64,000 nt of DNA from Tubiluchus corallicola (GCA_030141605.1 JAQGDQ010000870.1:22427-86426); one strand, 5' to 3'. Counted from the first letter of the stretch, positions 14,349 through 27,794 are shown. A program made the numbers and translations. Notes: generated by a model not told the origin, from the letters alone.

Positions 14349-17300
14349 CCATCATCATCATTAATATTATTACATCTTCCAGATCTCATTGCGATTCCTG
14401 ATTTTGCATATGGAGCAATGGAAAATTGGGGACTAGTAACTTACAGGGAAGAATACATGCTTTACGATCCAAAGATTTCCACTGTTGCTGACAAGAAATT
14501 GATGTGCAGAGTAATTGGACACGAGTTGGCACACATGGTAGCCTGGAAACTACAAACTTTCTTTAGGCTTATTCTTTACATGAGGACAGTTTTACAGAGG
14601 GGGTATTCTTTAAACTGGGAACAGTTTCATAGACTTGTCGCTTAGTTTCACAGTTTACTTAACAAGCGTGGTTCAACGCTTAATCTAAGTAACTGTGATT
14701 GGATTAACAACTATTATCGAATAACAATCGTTATCGATCAGATGTTATTATTAAAGTTTATTGAATTTTTCATATAAAAATCATCCGAAATAATCCGAGA
14801 AAATACTGAAAATTATTATTGAAAGAAAATGAAGCGAGGTTTTTGGAAGCAGAAAAAGGGAAAGACTACAAAAAGAAATGACAGCGGGCCAGGGAGTAGA
14901 GAGAAAAGAGTGAGTGACTGAGAGAGGGAAAGAGAGAGGGTGGGAGAGGGGAGTGAAACAGTGCTACAACAAGTCTGTGAAGTGTATTTTGTTTAAAATA
15001 ATCTGTTTTTAATTGTGAAATGTTTTGTTGCTACACCGCAGTCAACCATTTATGTAATAAATAAAAAACAATACAAATCAAGAACCGTCTGATAACGTTA
15101 ACGCCTTTCCTTGTTTCAGTGGTTTGGTAACCTGGTAACTTGTGACTGGTGGGACCATATCTGGTTAAATGAAGGCACCGCAAGATTTTTCGAGTTCATC
15201 GGCTGTGACTTCACTGACCCAACGTGGATGCTGGTAATTTCGTAATACTGTACAATCGTATTTATGATAAAATACTTAAATGTTAGTGTATATTATACTA
15301 ACCATCTGTGACTTAAATGTGACTTTAAGTGCGAGTGTAATGTGTCATATTTGCTACTATTTGTTAAAATTGTCTATTGTTACACATTGTCTCAAATTTG
15401 GCCATCAATAAAAATACCATCATCGTCAGCTGTACACTGTGTGGTTCATTTTCTACGAGTTATTCTGAGCGTTCCCTTCTTTTAGAGGTCAGTGTTCATT
15501 TGTATTTGATAAAACGTTTCCAGGAGGAGCAACATTTCGTCCTGGATAATTTCCCACCTGCGCTAGAACTCGATGCACTGGCCTCCTCACATCCAACTGT
15601 GATGGATATCATGACAAATGCGGAGATTGAGAGCACGGGGGATGCAATCACCTCCTCAAGAGTAAGAATGCTTCTTTTAATTGCATCTTTCAAGTGTGAA
15701 GTCTCACTTAGCACTATCAATAAATCTTGTCTTTTTGTGACTCTCTAACTCCATTCTTACTAGGTTAAAGAGTGTTCTTAGCTACTTTCGAAAAAGCTTG
15801 CTCGCTTGTTTCAGTGCACTTCTTCATTTTTATGTAAGATGACATTTCAGTAAATTTAAAACAACTATGTAGTGTAATTATTACCAGTTCATAAATTATA
15901 TAGTCTCATAAAGTGATTATAAATTTACTAATACGAAAAAATAGTTAATCAAAATTTCTTCTTAAATTTAATTTAGAAGATTTTGATGCGACTATTAACG
16001 AAAAGAAAGATAGAAGTTTCCTTGTATTCATGTCACATCCGACATAAAAGTAAATTTTCATTTTTGTGTTTTAGGGGTCGTGTCTTTGCTTAATGATGGA
16101 AAGCATGATTGGAAAGGAAGCTTGGTACCATGGAGTAGAAGTATATATTTTATAATTAAAAGATAAAAGCCTGTCCTTGTGTTTTTTATGCCCACTCACA
16201 CACTACAGTGAACCCCAAAGTGGCATACCAAGAGAACCAACAAAAGGTTTTAGGCCTCGGAAAGGTTTTAGGCTAAGTCATAGCCCACTCCCAAATATGG
16301 CGGCCAAATGACGTCTAAAAGAACATCTGCACCGCGGGCGAATTCAGCTAGTAATCTATTAAACATTAGTTTTGTGCAGTTCCGTGTATGTCCTGCTTAA
16401 GTTTCAACAACGAGAAAAATTGCTATAATATTTAAGAAAAGGGCTTCCTAATAGCAATAACTTTTTTGTTCATTCGTTTATTTTTTGCATTCGTTTAGCA
16501 TCATTTAAACCGATTGGCTTTTGCTACCTCAACAACTGATGATCTTTGGGAATCACTACAATGGGTAAATATCAGCTTCTTATGCTAGGGATCACAAGGA
16601 ATCAAAATAGCATTTGAAAATATGAACGTTTGTGGAACTGAATTGTTTAGTTTCGCGAGTTTTTTGTTGCTATAGTTTTGTCATCAAGCTCCACGGTGAA
16701 CCCCTCTACCATCTTTATTGACTTATTGACTTATTTAATGCAAATCTAAGATGATGTTATAGATCTTTTGTCATCCGCGTTTTTTATAAATATGTTTATT
16801 TTCCCATCACCTTTTGTATACAGAACAAAACTCATTAACATACCTTAAGTACTCTAATACAAAGCTGAGACATTTATAATTACATATCTATAGTTTTACA
16901 GTGCGTTAAGTGCAATCTAATGGTGCAAAATGTTAAATTAACGTCTACTGAATCGGCTTAAAGCTCTAATAAATCTCTGCGTTATATTAAAGGTAGCTTT
17001 GAATTCGTCAAGATTGAAAAGTAAATTACAGTGTAATAATGTATGGATTTTGGTTTCGATATTTAATTCATTAATATTAACTGGGAGAAAGTTTGAATTA
17101 TCTTCCGTGTTTAATTAATTATTAAAATTTCGTTCTAGGCAGTTGAAGATTTAAAAGTGGAGTTAGAAGGAAGAACCGTGAAGGAAATAATGGACACGTG
17201 GACGTTGCAGATGGGATATCCGCTTTTAATTGTAACAAGAGATTACGGCAACGGCAGAGTCACCGTTGCACAAACTCATTTTCTACGTCAACCAGAGACA

Positions 17301-20300
17301 CAAATTCCACCCAGTATATACAAGTATTAATTGTTGCCTTTGCATTTTTCTTTATATCTTTCTTAATTTTTATCTTTATCTTTATCTTTATCTTTTTCTT
17401 TTTCTTGTTCTTGATCTTGATCTTGATCTTGATCTTGATCTTGATCTTGATCTTGATCTTGATCTTGATCTTGATCTTGATCTTGATCTTGATCTTCATC
17501 TTCATCTTGATCTTCATCTTCATTTTCATCTTCATCCCTACCTTCAACTTTTGCCTTTGCCTTTGCCTTTACCTTTATCTTTTTATTTATCCTTGTCCTT
17601 ATCCTTATCCTGTATTTCAGTCTCTCTTACCTCTGTCTCTATCTTCATTCCATTTGTATCTGCATCTTTACTGTATCTGTATCTGTATCTGTATCTGTAT
17701 CCGTATCCGTATCCGTATCCGTATCCGTATCTGTTTAAGTATCACTGTCTCTGTCTCTGTTTTTACATCTACCACATTCAACCTGTTCCATTTACTAAAA
17801 AAATGCTGCTTTTAATTTTCAGTTATACGTGGGAAGTGCCTGTTTTTTATACGACTTCCGACCAAAGAAACTTTACCAATCCAAGTATTGACTGGATGCA
17901 CAAAGAAAACTGTAAGCATTGTCAACCAAAATTGACTACTGAGCTGTTTCATGTTTTACAGTTTTTAGATGTCAGATTACTTTTTTTAATTTCTCTACAG
18001 TTATTACTCTCAAGCAATCTGTGCCAAAAGACTCTTGGATCTTGCTCAACGCTGGCGTGAGGGGATTCTACAGGATCCTTTATGATGAACGGAACATGGA
18101 TCTTATTAATGAGCAGCTACAACTGTCTCATCAAGTATGGGTTCACACAACTTGCGTTACATCAGGCATATGAATGTTTTATTTAAATGAAACAATACCT
18201 ATGCTCAATTGATTGCGTTTCCATGACTTAATAGCCAGTATATCCTCGGCAATTAAATGTCTCTTTAACTGGATCCACCATTTCGACTTTTTATAACTTT
18301 TCGTCGCCAATTACAGGTAATTGGAAGATAATTTCTCAGATCAGCTCTGATCAAAGGCAAGAAATCCTATTTAATCTAGACTTTTCACTTCAAGCGTATT
18401 CATCCTAATTTAATGTAATAAATTTTTACTTTGCTGTAGAGTATAGATGTGAGAAATCGAGCGCAACTGTTCGAAGATGTGTTTGAGTTAGCAAGGTTTG
18501 CCTTTAATGTTCATTGAACTAATAATTAGACGTAGTATATTTATTTTAATTAATGGTTCACAATCTTAATTTTAAGATTATCATTAATGACAGTACGAAC
18601 ACACAATTAGCAAATTTTGAAACTGAACTTGTCCGAAAGAAATGAAACATGAATAAGTCGGGGGCATAATCTGGATTTGAACCAGGGATCTAAAAGAAAA
18701 GATAGGTGAAAAAGCTGGGAAAAAAGCTAGTATAATTGTCACAAATAGAAAGCCTTTGGTTGCTTGTTGCTAAAATGTTTTGTAATTGAGCCCACTCTTG
18801 CTGGCTAGGAGCGCGCATAAAACATTGAATTTTGTGAACTTTTGCAGGGCCTTGGTTTTGGATCAAGTCAGCGCATTGAAAATGCTTGAGTACTTAGATA
18901 GAGAAGAAGATTATTTACCTTGGCATGCAGCACTAACTAAGCTCAAATACTTGGATCTGATGCTCATAAAAAGTGGTTCATACGGTCTTTTCAAGGTATA
19001 ACTGCCAGAGAAACAAAAAAATGCAAAGAAGCAATTTATTTAAACGTTATCCCACATCCACGCTTAACTGAATATGTGATCTTGTTATAGATGCAAGACA
19101 TTTTGACTTGTGACCGCCACATATATGATTAATTTCCATCAGCAAGCGTCTGAGAAAATATTTAATATTGAAATGCCACATTTAGGGTTGCTTAATGCAA
19201 TTGTTTTTATTTTAGGAGTTTCTAGTAAATCAGATTAAGCCTGTTTACACGATGCTTGGCTGGGATGATCACGAAGACAAGTTCCAAACGTAAGATGCTC
19301 TAAAATTAATTTGTTTCTTCCAAGGTGACTGAAAATTATTTTTGCCATGCTTTTAAATTGATAAATAAATTATAGGAAAGAAGATCCTAAACAGTGTACC
19401 CAAATGGGAGTCCCACTCGGAGAAATACTCGTCTTTTGTAATGTCCAATTCACTTCTCCTTGTTTTTTATAATTTCTATACAGACTAGAACTAATCATTA
19501 TTACATGCTTGCCCTAGGGCGTTCGACTTCTTAAGCAAAACAATATTTTAGCGCCTCGAGTCGCCTGGGCAAAATTGACAAAAATTAGACAGCTGTTTTA
19601 TTTTGGCTTAACAATGATCGACCAGGCATCTGAAAGAAAACGTCACTTTTTAATGGGACTAAAATACGTCACTCGCCACCATTGGCATAAAGTCGACACA
19701 TAGCCATAAGTGTTAATAATTTAACTTTTCAATAGCCACGCATTTGTCTTTGCAGATATTTAAGAACTTTTAAAGAAAAAACATGAGAGTGTAAGAAAGA
19801 ATCGAAGAAAAAATCCAATTACAGGCCTGAAGCGTTTTCATTAGTGCAAAAGAAGAATTAGAAATTACAATCACAAGATATTTTTGCACTAAGAATAGAG
19901 CAAGCATCTTGCTAACAAAAGACGCATTCATTGCAGGTTATTGCAGATTGACGCCTTGACAACAGCCTGTTACTATGGCAACGAGGAGTGCATCAAGATG
20001 GCGAAAGAGCTCTATCGAGAATGGATGAACACGGGAGTAAACGAGTATGGTTACCTACCTTTGCCACTTTTTTAATAATGCAGTCTTAACTCTTTATATT
20101 ATGTGGCACAACTTAATTTTCCACCTTTTCACTGTATGGTGATTTTTGTCACATAGACATTATAGCCTTAATGCAAAATAGTTAGGTGGTCACACTTAAT
20201 TAAATTTTGGCATTGATGTTTCATAAAGTCGAATAATTGAATGCGATGATTAGTGTGCAAATTCGGTGTGGCAAATCAGGGTTTTTAGTTAGTCAATGTT

Positions 20301-23300
20301 TTTAAACGAAGTTGAGTTGGCCTAACAAAATTATTAGATGAAGTAAAGTCACTTATAAAAAGTTGCTGAAAAGAGTGTAGGAAAGTGAGAGGAAGGTTTA
20401 TTGGATAAATAGAAATAACTGACAGCGAATCACTGAGAGGAGTGAAGATGCAAAAAGTACAATCAAATAAGGAAGAAAAATTTTGATGAATAAGGTAACA
20501 AGAGGAAATCTACATTATTTACAACAGAGAGAAAATGACGAGGAGACAATAAAAGCGTTCGTTGCAGCAGGTGTGGGTGAAATTTCGTTTTCTTGGGAAA
20601 CAAACAAGCTAATGTGTTCAAACGCAACAAAGAATTTATAATAATTGCGCAATATGTCGCTAGTATTTTTATAATAAATGAACGAAATGCTACGTTTGAA
20701 AGCGCCAAAAATAGTTTTTAGATATAAGTAATACTGTTGATTTTGTTACTAATTGCAGAATCTCCCCTGATATCCAGGGAATTGTGTACTGCACTGCCAT
20801 AGCGAATGGGGGCGAAGAGGAGTGGTACTGGGCGTGGGATCACTACATCACTAGCCAAACACCTTCCGAGACCACAAAACTTCTTCAAGCCATGGCATGC
20901 TCTAAGCAAATATGGATTCTGCAAATGTAAGTTCACCAGTTAAGCCAGAAAGATAAACAATGCCCAGCGCAGTCCTATTTTAGATTTAGTAAGTATTGAC
21001 AAGATATTGGTTCTTCACGGTGAAAGATATTAGGAGCCACTAATGCCGATTACATATGACATACTGATCACTGTCTTATTTGTTGGTTAAACATGTTTTT
21101 AGAATGCAATATTTTACTTGAAATTTGAGTTTATAAATTGCACCTCAAGGTGAAAATGAACGCTTCTATTAGTGTCTATAAGTTAGCTGTATAGAGCCCA
21201 AAACACTTTATTCTGGTTGTAAATAAAGTTTGTTAAACCATAAACCGGCAAAACGATAAAATTGACATCTGTTTAGGTTTTTAAAAGTACTGTTTAGGTT
21301 TTTAAAAGTACAATTTAAAAATATTCTTTTTTTAAACTGTAGTTTGGTGATAAGAAGCTATGAGATCCCGGCGTTAGATGGGGTGACCTCGTGCGTGACA
21401 CCCCTGAAAGTATTAATTATAACCAACTCTGAACTGTATTCCGTCAATGCATCTCGGTGTCTTCCTCCACTACTTCCGCTGTCTGATTACACTGTTTGAT
21501 TTGAGCCGCCTTTGGTTGAAGAAGACTGCATAAATAATCACGACCTTTCATCTCAGATGTTATAACTCTCCGATAGAAGCATTTGCCTTCTTCTGTTACT
21601 GTGGAATCTATATAATAATTTCCGCTGTAGTATAGATATCCCTAATTAGGGAACTAATTAGCCTTTACAATAGTTTGCGCGAGCCCTGTTTACGCGGATT
21701 CTAAAATTAGAAAAAAGTGCAAGTGGTAAGGTGTATTTCATTCAGTTTTTTCTACTTTCACTTCGGAAGTTTCTTAAATCATTCGCGCTAAGAAAGCAGT
21801 TTTTACTAAAGCAATTTTAAAAGGGCTTCCAGTTTGTCGACACTAACGGTTTAATTATGTTTCAGTTGATTAAACAACTAACAAAGGTTAGGGAATACGT
21901 GGTTTTGCAATACGTAGAAAGATGTGTTCGAACGTATCAACCGAAGTAAAGTAACTTCGAATCTGTTAAGTGTATGGGCGGGTATTTACCAGGAAACCTG
22001 CTTCACAGTAGCTTCGTCTGCCATATATAATGCCCCGTTCGAGAGAGCATATTTTTACCTTTGCCGGTTCAGTGTCTTGACTATTATCCTACATATATAT
22101 ATATATATATGTAGTATATATATATATATATATACATATACAGTATACATATGTGAGCTTCATGCCTTCTCTTGTTTAAGGCTTTTTATTTTTAATATCA
22201 GTGGAAACTTCACTTGTATGTAGTTTTCCATTTAAGCGCTCAACTTTTCAAAAAGCGTCTTAGCAATGTGAATAATCCGTGTTTACTATTTGTGTGACGA
22301 CAGAAATCAATAACGCCGAGCAGTAATAGATTCCTGACCACTGGATACAAGACTCATTCTGAACATTTCACTTGACGTACTGTCCGTGTTTCTCCTTATA
22401 GCCCGTGTAATTAGGATGCATTTATTTTCGAACAGCTAAGAAAACTCCCCCGCTCCAGTGTCACACCATAAAATAATAGCCCTTGATAACGAACCTTCGT
22501 AATGAATCAGATTTCGATCCCCGCTACATCCATCTGCATTAAGTATTCCCTGTTCCTGCCTGCTACATCCCAGTTTTCAGAGTGCTGAACTATATAAACG
22601 GCTTTTACATATTATAGCGTGTGTAGAATTTAATTTTATAGGTATTTGGAGAAAGTTCTGAATTTAGATGGGGTTAGGCAGCAGCATGGCGACCGGGTTA
22701 TACAATATGTAGCCGAAAATGTACTAGGAAGTTACCTCGCCTGGAATTTTCTTAGACAAAATTGGTTTGTACTGTACAACAGATACACGTACTCGTCATT
22801 GAACCGAATGGTTACAACCGTGACCAGTTGGCTCAACACTGAATGGGAACTGGCAGAAGTGAGTTACGTTTTCTATTAGTAAATTGGAATTAAATTAAAC
22901 GCAAATATTTGAAAATAAATAGGGGCCTGCTATAAATGGTTTGACCTTGATTAATCACTCAGAAACATACTTCATTCTTACACATACGTACTTAAATCAT
23001 TATGACGCATAATTATTGCGACATACATAATTAAAATACAAAATGCATGCGGCAAAAATTAGTGCTTATCGCAGCATAAATTATCATGTAATTATGTGTT
23101 TTCACTGCTGGCGCTACTGCTTTCAAGCCCATTTTCGCTTGTCGACCCATATTTTTAAATTCTCACGGTAATTTAGGTACGTCAGTTTGTCAAGACAATT
23201 ACAGGACATGGCGATAATGAAGCTTACTGGTCTACGGCGATGGAGAACATTGCAGCTAACATAAAGTGGGTCGAGAAAAACGAAAAGTCCATTCATGAGT

Positions 23301-23326
23301 GGCTAGAATCGTTGCAGGATAATTAA
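11284..23326 (+). CDS. Aminopeptidase N-like M1 zinc metallopeptidase, type II membrane protein, 19 coding exons, 965 aa
   Basis: Kozak GCCACCATG, N-terminal TM anchor and S/T-rich stalk. Motifs RLP, TQMQ...[42 protein letters not shown]...WLNEG and WTLQMGYP, plus ERAP1_C-type helices. GT-AG exons in frame: 11284-11912, 12172-12327, 12952-13075, 13629-13749, 14383-14537, 15120-15233, 15524-15661, 16075-16140, 16499-16564, 17139-17323, 17823-17911, 18001-18134, 18440-18495, 18848-18995, 19216-19289, 19937-20044, 20759-20926, 22642-22858, 23177-23326 (sum 2898 nt). AATAAA at 23437. Confidence 0.95.
13960..14361. repeat. (GAT/GGT)n followed by (CAT)n trinucleotide tracts in aminopeptidase intron 4
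   Basis: Seen directly. Confidence 0.9.
17348..17772. repeat. Compound hexanucleotide microsatellite filling aminopeptidase intron 10
   Basis: TATCTT, GATCTT, CATCTT, TGCCTT, TATCCT, TATCTG and TATCCG units. Confidence 0.92.
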
Positions 23327-24444
23327 AAATTACTGCGTACGTCCAATTTTGTTTATTTCATTGTAAATTTTGGTGTTTATATTTTTGTCTCCCTATGGTT
23401 ATATAATTATAATTTTTGCTGTAACATTAAATTTTGAATAAAGAAATGTGACATTAATGATCGAAAATTCGGAGTCGAGTCTATGGCCCTATCAAACATT
23501 AACGCGATTTATTCAAGTTTTTGGTAATTTTATAATGTGATTATATAACGTCATATTGTTTAATGTTTAATTATAATGGCAAATAGATCATGGATTTATA
23601 GGTTTGTCTCAAACACTGCGTTAAATAATTCCTAACATATACTTTAAACAATTTAACCTGAACTTAAACAGTAAATTTGGTTTTTATACTATTTCTTGTA
23701 TGTCTTTTATGTAAGTCTTTTTTCTGCTATGGCTAATTAATAATAAGTGAATAATAAAAATGGATTATCATCATATCAGTACTTGTCATGTTTCAATTAA
23801 TCGGTTCAATCTGCACAGCGGGTTAATATCACATTTGTGAAAACTTAATTTTCATGTCATTATTAAAAGTTAGATCAAAAGAAACTAATCAATATTCTAA
23901 AGATGTTCACACAAGAACTCAAGGTCCCCGTTGAATATTAATATCACGAAATTATGATAATATTTATATCAGAAGGGGGCCAAGATATTATATTGGCCAC
24001 TAGAACAATATAAGCATATATTAGAAACAAACAAAAAACATATTATTAACAAGTTAACTTTATTATTAGAGAAACATATATATTTAATATGTAACGTAGG
24101 ATTAGTAATACAAACAAGCTGGCCTTCTATGTTGTCACAATTGCTTAACATTTCCGACTGAGTTAATGGCCAGTACTAGCAAAAGGAGAAATGTTTTTTA
24201 ACGTAAAATGGTAAAGAGATATAGTATAAGTTTAACTATTATCCAGTTAGATCAATAGTCGTTGTTACCGTTTTTCTTTTGCCGTTGTTGTTTTCGATTG
24301 TCGGTGTCACAGTAGCGACGTTGCTACTGTTGTTGCTGTTATTGCTGTTGCTGTTACTGCTGTCATTATTTTGAGCATCCGGCTACACGTTTTGTCCTAA
24401 CACAGCTGACATGACGTTGACACGATTACTGAAATAAAGTATCT

Positions 24445-25761
24445 TTAATATCCTCCGCGTCTAATGTCGACAGGTAACCTACTCTTTGGCCCGGAATGTA
24501 CAGGCAGTGATTCAACGTGAACTGGTTGGAAGCGCACTCCACCAGGTGTCTCAAATGCATACGCAGCACCCTCTTCTACAGCTCCCTCGCCAGAAGCAGT
24601 CTGCTGGTATTGCTGGGTGGCATCTTGAGCAGCTTGCCTGGTAGCATCCAGTTGTATTCCAGCTTCGCCAGCTCCGACTCCAACTCTTTCAGCAGAACTG
24701 GATTCCGTCTGCCGAGCGTTCCCAGAACTGTATCGTGTTCCAATAACAACTTGCTGTTGTCGTCCATTTATTGCTGGACGTGGAGCTGCCGCAGCCGCTT
24801 CTGCTCGGGCTCCATTGAAGTCGAATCCTTCGATGTTGACGTATCTGTCTCCAAATCGTTCAATTCCGAAAGCTTCAGAGTCGATATTTCCAAAATTATT
24901 GGGGTTGATGTCGCCGCGGCCAAAACCCTGGATTCCGACTGACCTTATGTTGGAAGTGACGGCAGGAAAGCGCCTTACGGGTGCTGCATCTACTGCAATG
25001 CGTCTCGCTTGTACTGTGGTAACAGCTGGGGCGGCGCCAACAGTTCTGGTAACTCCAACATTTCCAACAAGACCACTGCCAATAGTGCCACCAACACCTC
25101 TGTAGCCATTAAGGCCCCCATAGCCTCCACCATACCCATTGTAACCTCCACGGTTGCGGATTCCTTGGAATCCTCTTCCACCAAATCCGCCATATCCACC
25201 CCCCAATCCGCCAAAGCCTCCACCATAACCTCCCCTTAATCCCCCGTAACCACCACCAAGTCCACCATAACCACCATAGCCACCTCCTAGCCCACCATAT
25301 CCACTTCCAATCCCACCATAACCACCTCTGAATCCACCACCAATCCCTCCAAATCCTCCATAGCCGCCCCCTAATCCACCATATCCTCCACCTATTCCAC
25401 TATACCCACCTCTATACCCACCACCAATTCCCCCAAAATAGCCACCCCCTGTTCCACCATAGCCACCCCCTATTCCACCATAGCCACCCCCTATTCCACC
25501 ATAGCCACCCCCTATTCCACCATAGCCACCCCCTATTCCACCATAGCCACCCCTTATTCCACCATAACCTCCACCAATTCCCCCATATCCTCCACCAGTT
25601 CTTCCAATTCCACCATATCCTCCACTAATTCCACCATATCCTCCGCCAATACCACCATATCCGCCTCCAATTCCACCATATCCGCCTCCACCTAGTAAGA
25701 ATGACCCTAGAGTACAAGCTAGGGAGCAAGACATCACACTCGTTAGGTACAGCGTCTTCAT
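24445..25761 (-). CDS. Secreted glycine/tyrosine-rich structural protein (GGGYGG[I/L/F] repeats; cuticle, eggshell or cement-type), 438 aa, single coding exon
   Basis: Signal-peptide-like N-terminus MKTLYLTSVMSCSLACTLG, then ~170 aa of GGGYGG repeats and a non-repetitive R/V/A/Q-rich C-terminal half. Acceptor ttttag|G-ATG at 25762, with an upstream TATA-driven non-coding exon. Confidence 0.88.
   Translation of the reverse strand: MKTLYLTSVMSCSLACTLGSFLLGGGGYGGIGGGYGGIGGGYGGISGGYGGIGRTGGGYGGIGGGYGGIRGGYGGIGGGYGGIGGGYGGIGGGYGGIGGGYGGTGGGYFGGIGGGYRGGYSGIGGGYGGLGGGYGGFGGIGGGFRGGYGGIGSGYGGLGGGYGGYGGLGGGYGGLRGGYGGGFGGLGGGYGGFGGRGFQGIRNRGGYNGYGGGYGGLNGYRGVGGTIGSGLVGNVGVTRTVGAAPAVTTVQARRIAVDAAPVRRFPAVTSNIRSVGIQGFGRGDINPNNFGNIDSEAFGIERFGDRYVNIEGFDFNGARAEAAAAAPRPAINGRQQQVVIGTRYSSGNARQTESSSAERVGVGAGEAGIQLDATRQAAQDATQQYQQTASGEGAVEEGAAYAFETPGGVRFQPVHVESLPVHSGPKSRLPVDIRRGGY
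25170..25693 (-). repeat. Coding Gly-Tyr repeat array (mainly 21-nt GGGYGGI units)
   Basis: Near-perfect attccaccatagccaccccct units at ~25440-25560, with degenerate units either side. Confidence 0.9.
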
Positions 25762-25822
25762 CCTAAAAGAAAAAACTATTTGGAAACAATGTCACAGCAT
25801 TAGTAATTATTGAATAAATAAC

Positions 25823-25946
<124 letters not shown>

Positions 25947-26740
25947 GTAATTATAATACATATTCTATTTATGTAATTTAAGTCATATCAAGATTATTAT
26001 TACTATAATTACATAAATAGAATATCCGATTCATTCTTGGGGAGTTTCAATAACAGCAGAAATTGAAAAGCCAGACCAACATGTTTAGTAGCATAATGAA
26101 TTTATTATGGTTGCCATTTTTGTCATGTACACATACTGTACACATCCTAAGTGATGTTACTGAGTAATGTATAGTATGTATACGTTTTAAGTCAATTATT
26201 GTTGTCGACAGAATGGCAGTAATTACTTTTTTGATCTTCTGAACTGGGAAGTGAGGAAGGATGAAGAAAAGGAGAGAAATGAAAAACTTGAATCAAAACT
26301 TCGCGTTTACGAGACATTTTTACGAGGCAAGCTACAAGAGAGCATCATCTAAATTTAAGGTTATTTTGAAAGTTTTAAACGTTAAGCTAGCTTCATGATA
26401 GTTATTTGCTGTGTAAGCGGCTCAATGTTTTGCGAAGGAGTAGTGGAACGAATTTAAAAGGCAATTAGTAGTTCTGCAATTTGGAATAACAAGTTCTAAG
26501 TTTTCGGCAAGTTCGAGGAGAAAGGAAAAAGAATAGATAAAAACAAACAAAGCCGTGAACAAGGGCATTTAATTTTGAGTAACGAACATCATTTCCGCTT
26601 TTTCGATATTTACCACGTAGCTGTTTAATTTAGACGCTGGTCAATGTAGTGTTGAATTAAATAAAGAAGAAGGCAAGCAAGAAGGTCAGTAAGTATGTAA
26701 ATAAGTAAGTAAGTAAGACACACGCCTATTAACGCGTGTT

Positions 26741-26917
26741 TATGTTTATGTATGTATGTATGTATGTATGTATGTATGTATGTATGTATGTATGTATGTA
26801 TGTATGTATGTATGTATGTATGTATGTATGTATGTATGTATGTATGTATGTATGTATGTATGTATGTATGTATGTATGTATGTATGTGTGTTATGTATGT
26901 ATGTATGTATGTATGTA
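26741..26917. repeat. (TATG)n microsatellite
   Basis: Seen directly. Confidence 0.95.
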
Positions 26918-27079
26918 AGTAAATCAGAAATTTCTTTATCACCTTCTACAAAATAACAAGACTAAACTAGTAACAAAATTTATCACTAAGCGCAAAGATC
27001 TTCAGTTTCATTAAGCCGAAAGTAATTAAACCTGACAGTAATCTACGGCGTCAAATTATTTAAAAAATTCTTATCTTAC

Positions 27080-27171
27080 CTGTTACAAGTATGGCACAAG
27101 CTTTCTTAGTACTCAAATCGTAGTGTTAAGCAAATGAGCGAGGAGGCTTTGCCATCTTCTTTCTTTTATAT
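27080..27171 (-). promoter_or_regulatory. TATA box and non-coding exon 1 of the Gly-rich gene
   Basis: TATAAAAG at 27170-27163 (-), TCATTT Inr-like at ~27137, donor CAG|GTAAGA at 27080. Confidence 0.7.
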
Positions 27172-27794
27172 GACGCATCTCTCATGTTTGGCCTAGATAA
27201 CCACTGTGACAATTTTGTTGATTCCCGTACTTATCACAGAGAAAATCACACACAAAATTGACAATGCTAAATGATGACACCAAACATGTTGTCAAGTATC
27301 ATTAGAGTGTCGCCATTTATCACGTGACCTGACGTAACACGCACTATTGTACCTAATCTCTCGTGGTTCGTGTGATTTGTGGTTGCTGGCTATCGTAAAA
27401 ATTTTCGTCTCATTTTTTTCTGAGCTTTTTCGTCCTAGTTTAAAAAGCGAATATGCTTCTGTTTTCATTAGTAATGTATTGAGGCCAACAATATAGCTAT
27501 TAGCAGGCAAGGCTTATCATTCAAACAACAATAGCCGACCCTATCATTATAATGGCTGCTACACTAATTCACTAAATCTACATTCTCATTCACTTTTAAA
27601 AATTGTGTTTATTCGTAGTTATCGTTGACAACGTTCAGTGTTTTTAAATCTTTGTAATTATTGAAGAAAATTTTGTTATTTCAGACATTTGCTCATCGTT
27701 GTGCATAAAACCGTGTAAAAATTCTACTTTGCCAGTCAGTCAGACAGTTAGTCATTCAGTCATTAGTCAGAAATTCAGAAAGTTCGTCAGCTAG

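Noticed and set aside
13800-14364. Poly-Val/Met/His ORFs
   Set aside because: Trinucleotide repeats inside aminopeptidase intron 4.
17198-18060. 205-aa and 264-aa ORFs with IL/DL/YP dipeptide runs
   Set aside because: Translations of an intronic hexamer microsatellite. Only 17139-17323, 17823-17911 and 18001-18134 are real exons.
24517-25239. Several plus-strand and alternate-frame ORFs overlapping the Gly-rich gene (similar ones overlap the 933-aa gene)
   Set aside because: Shadow ORFs caused by the biased codon usage of the real CDS.
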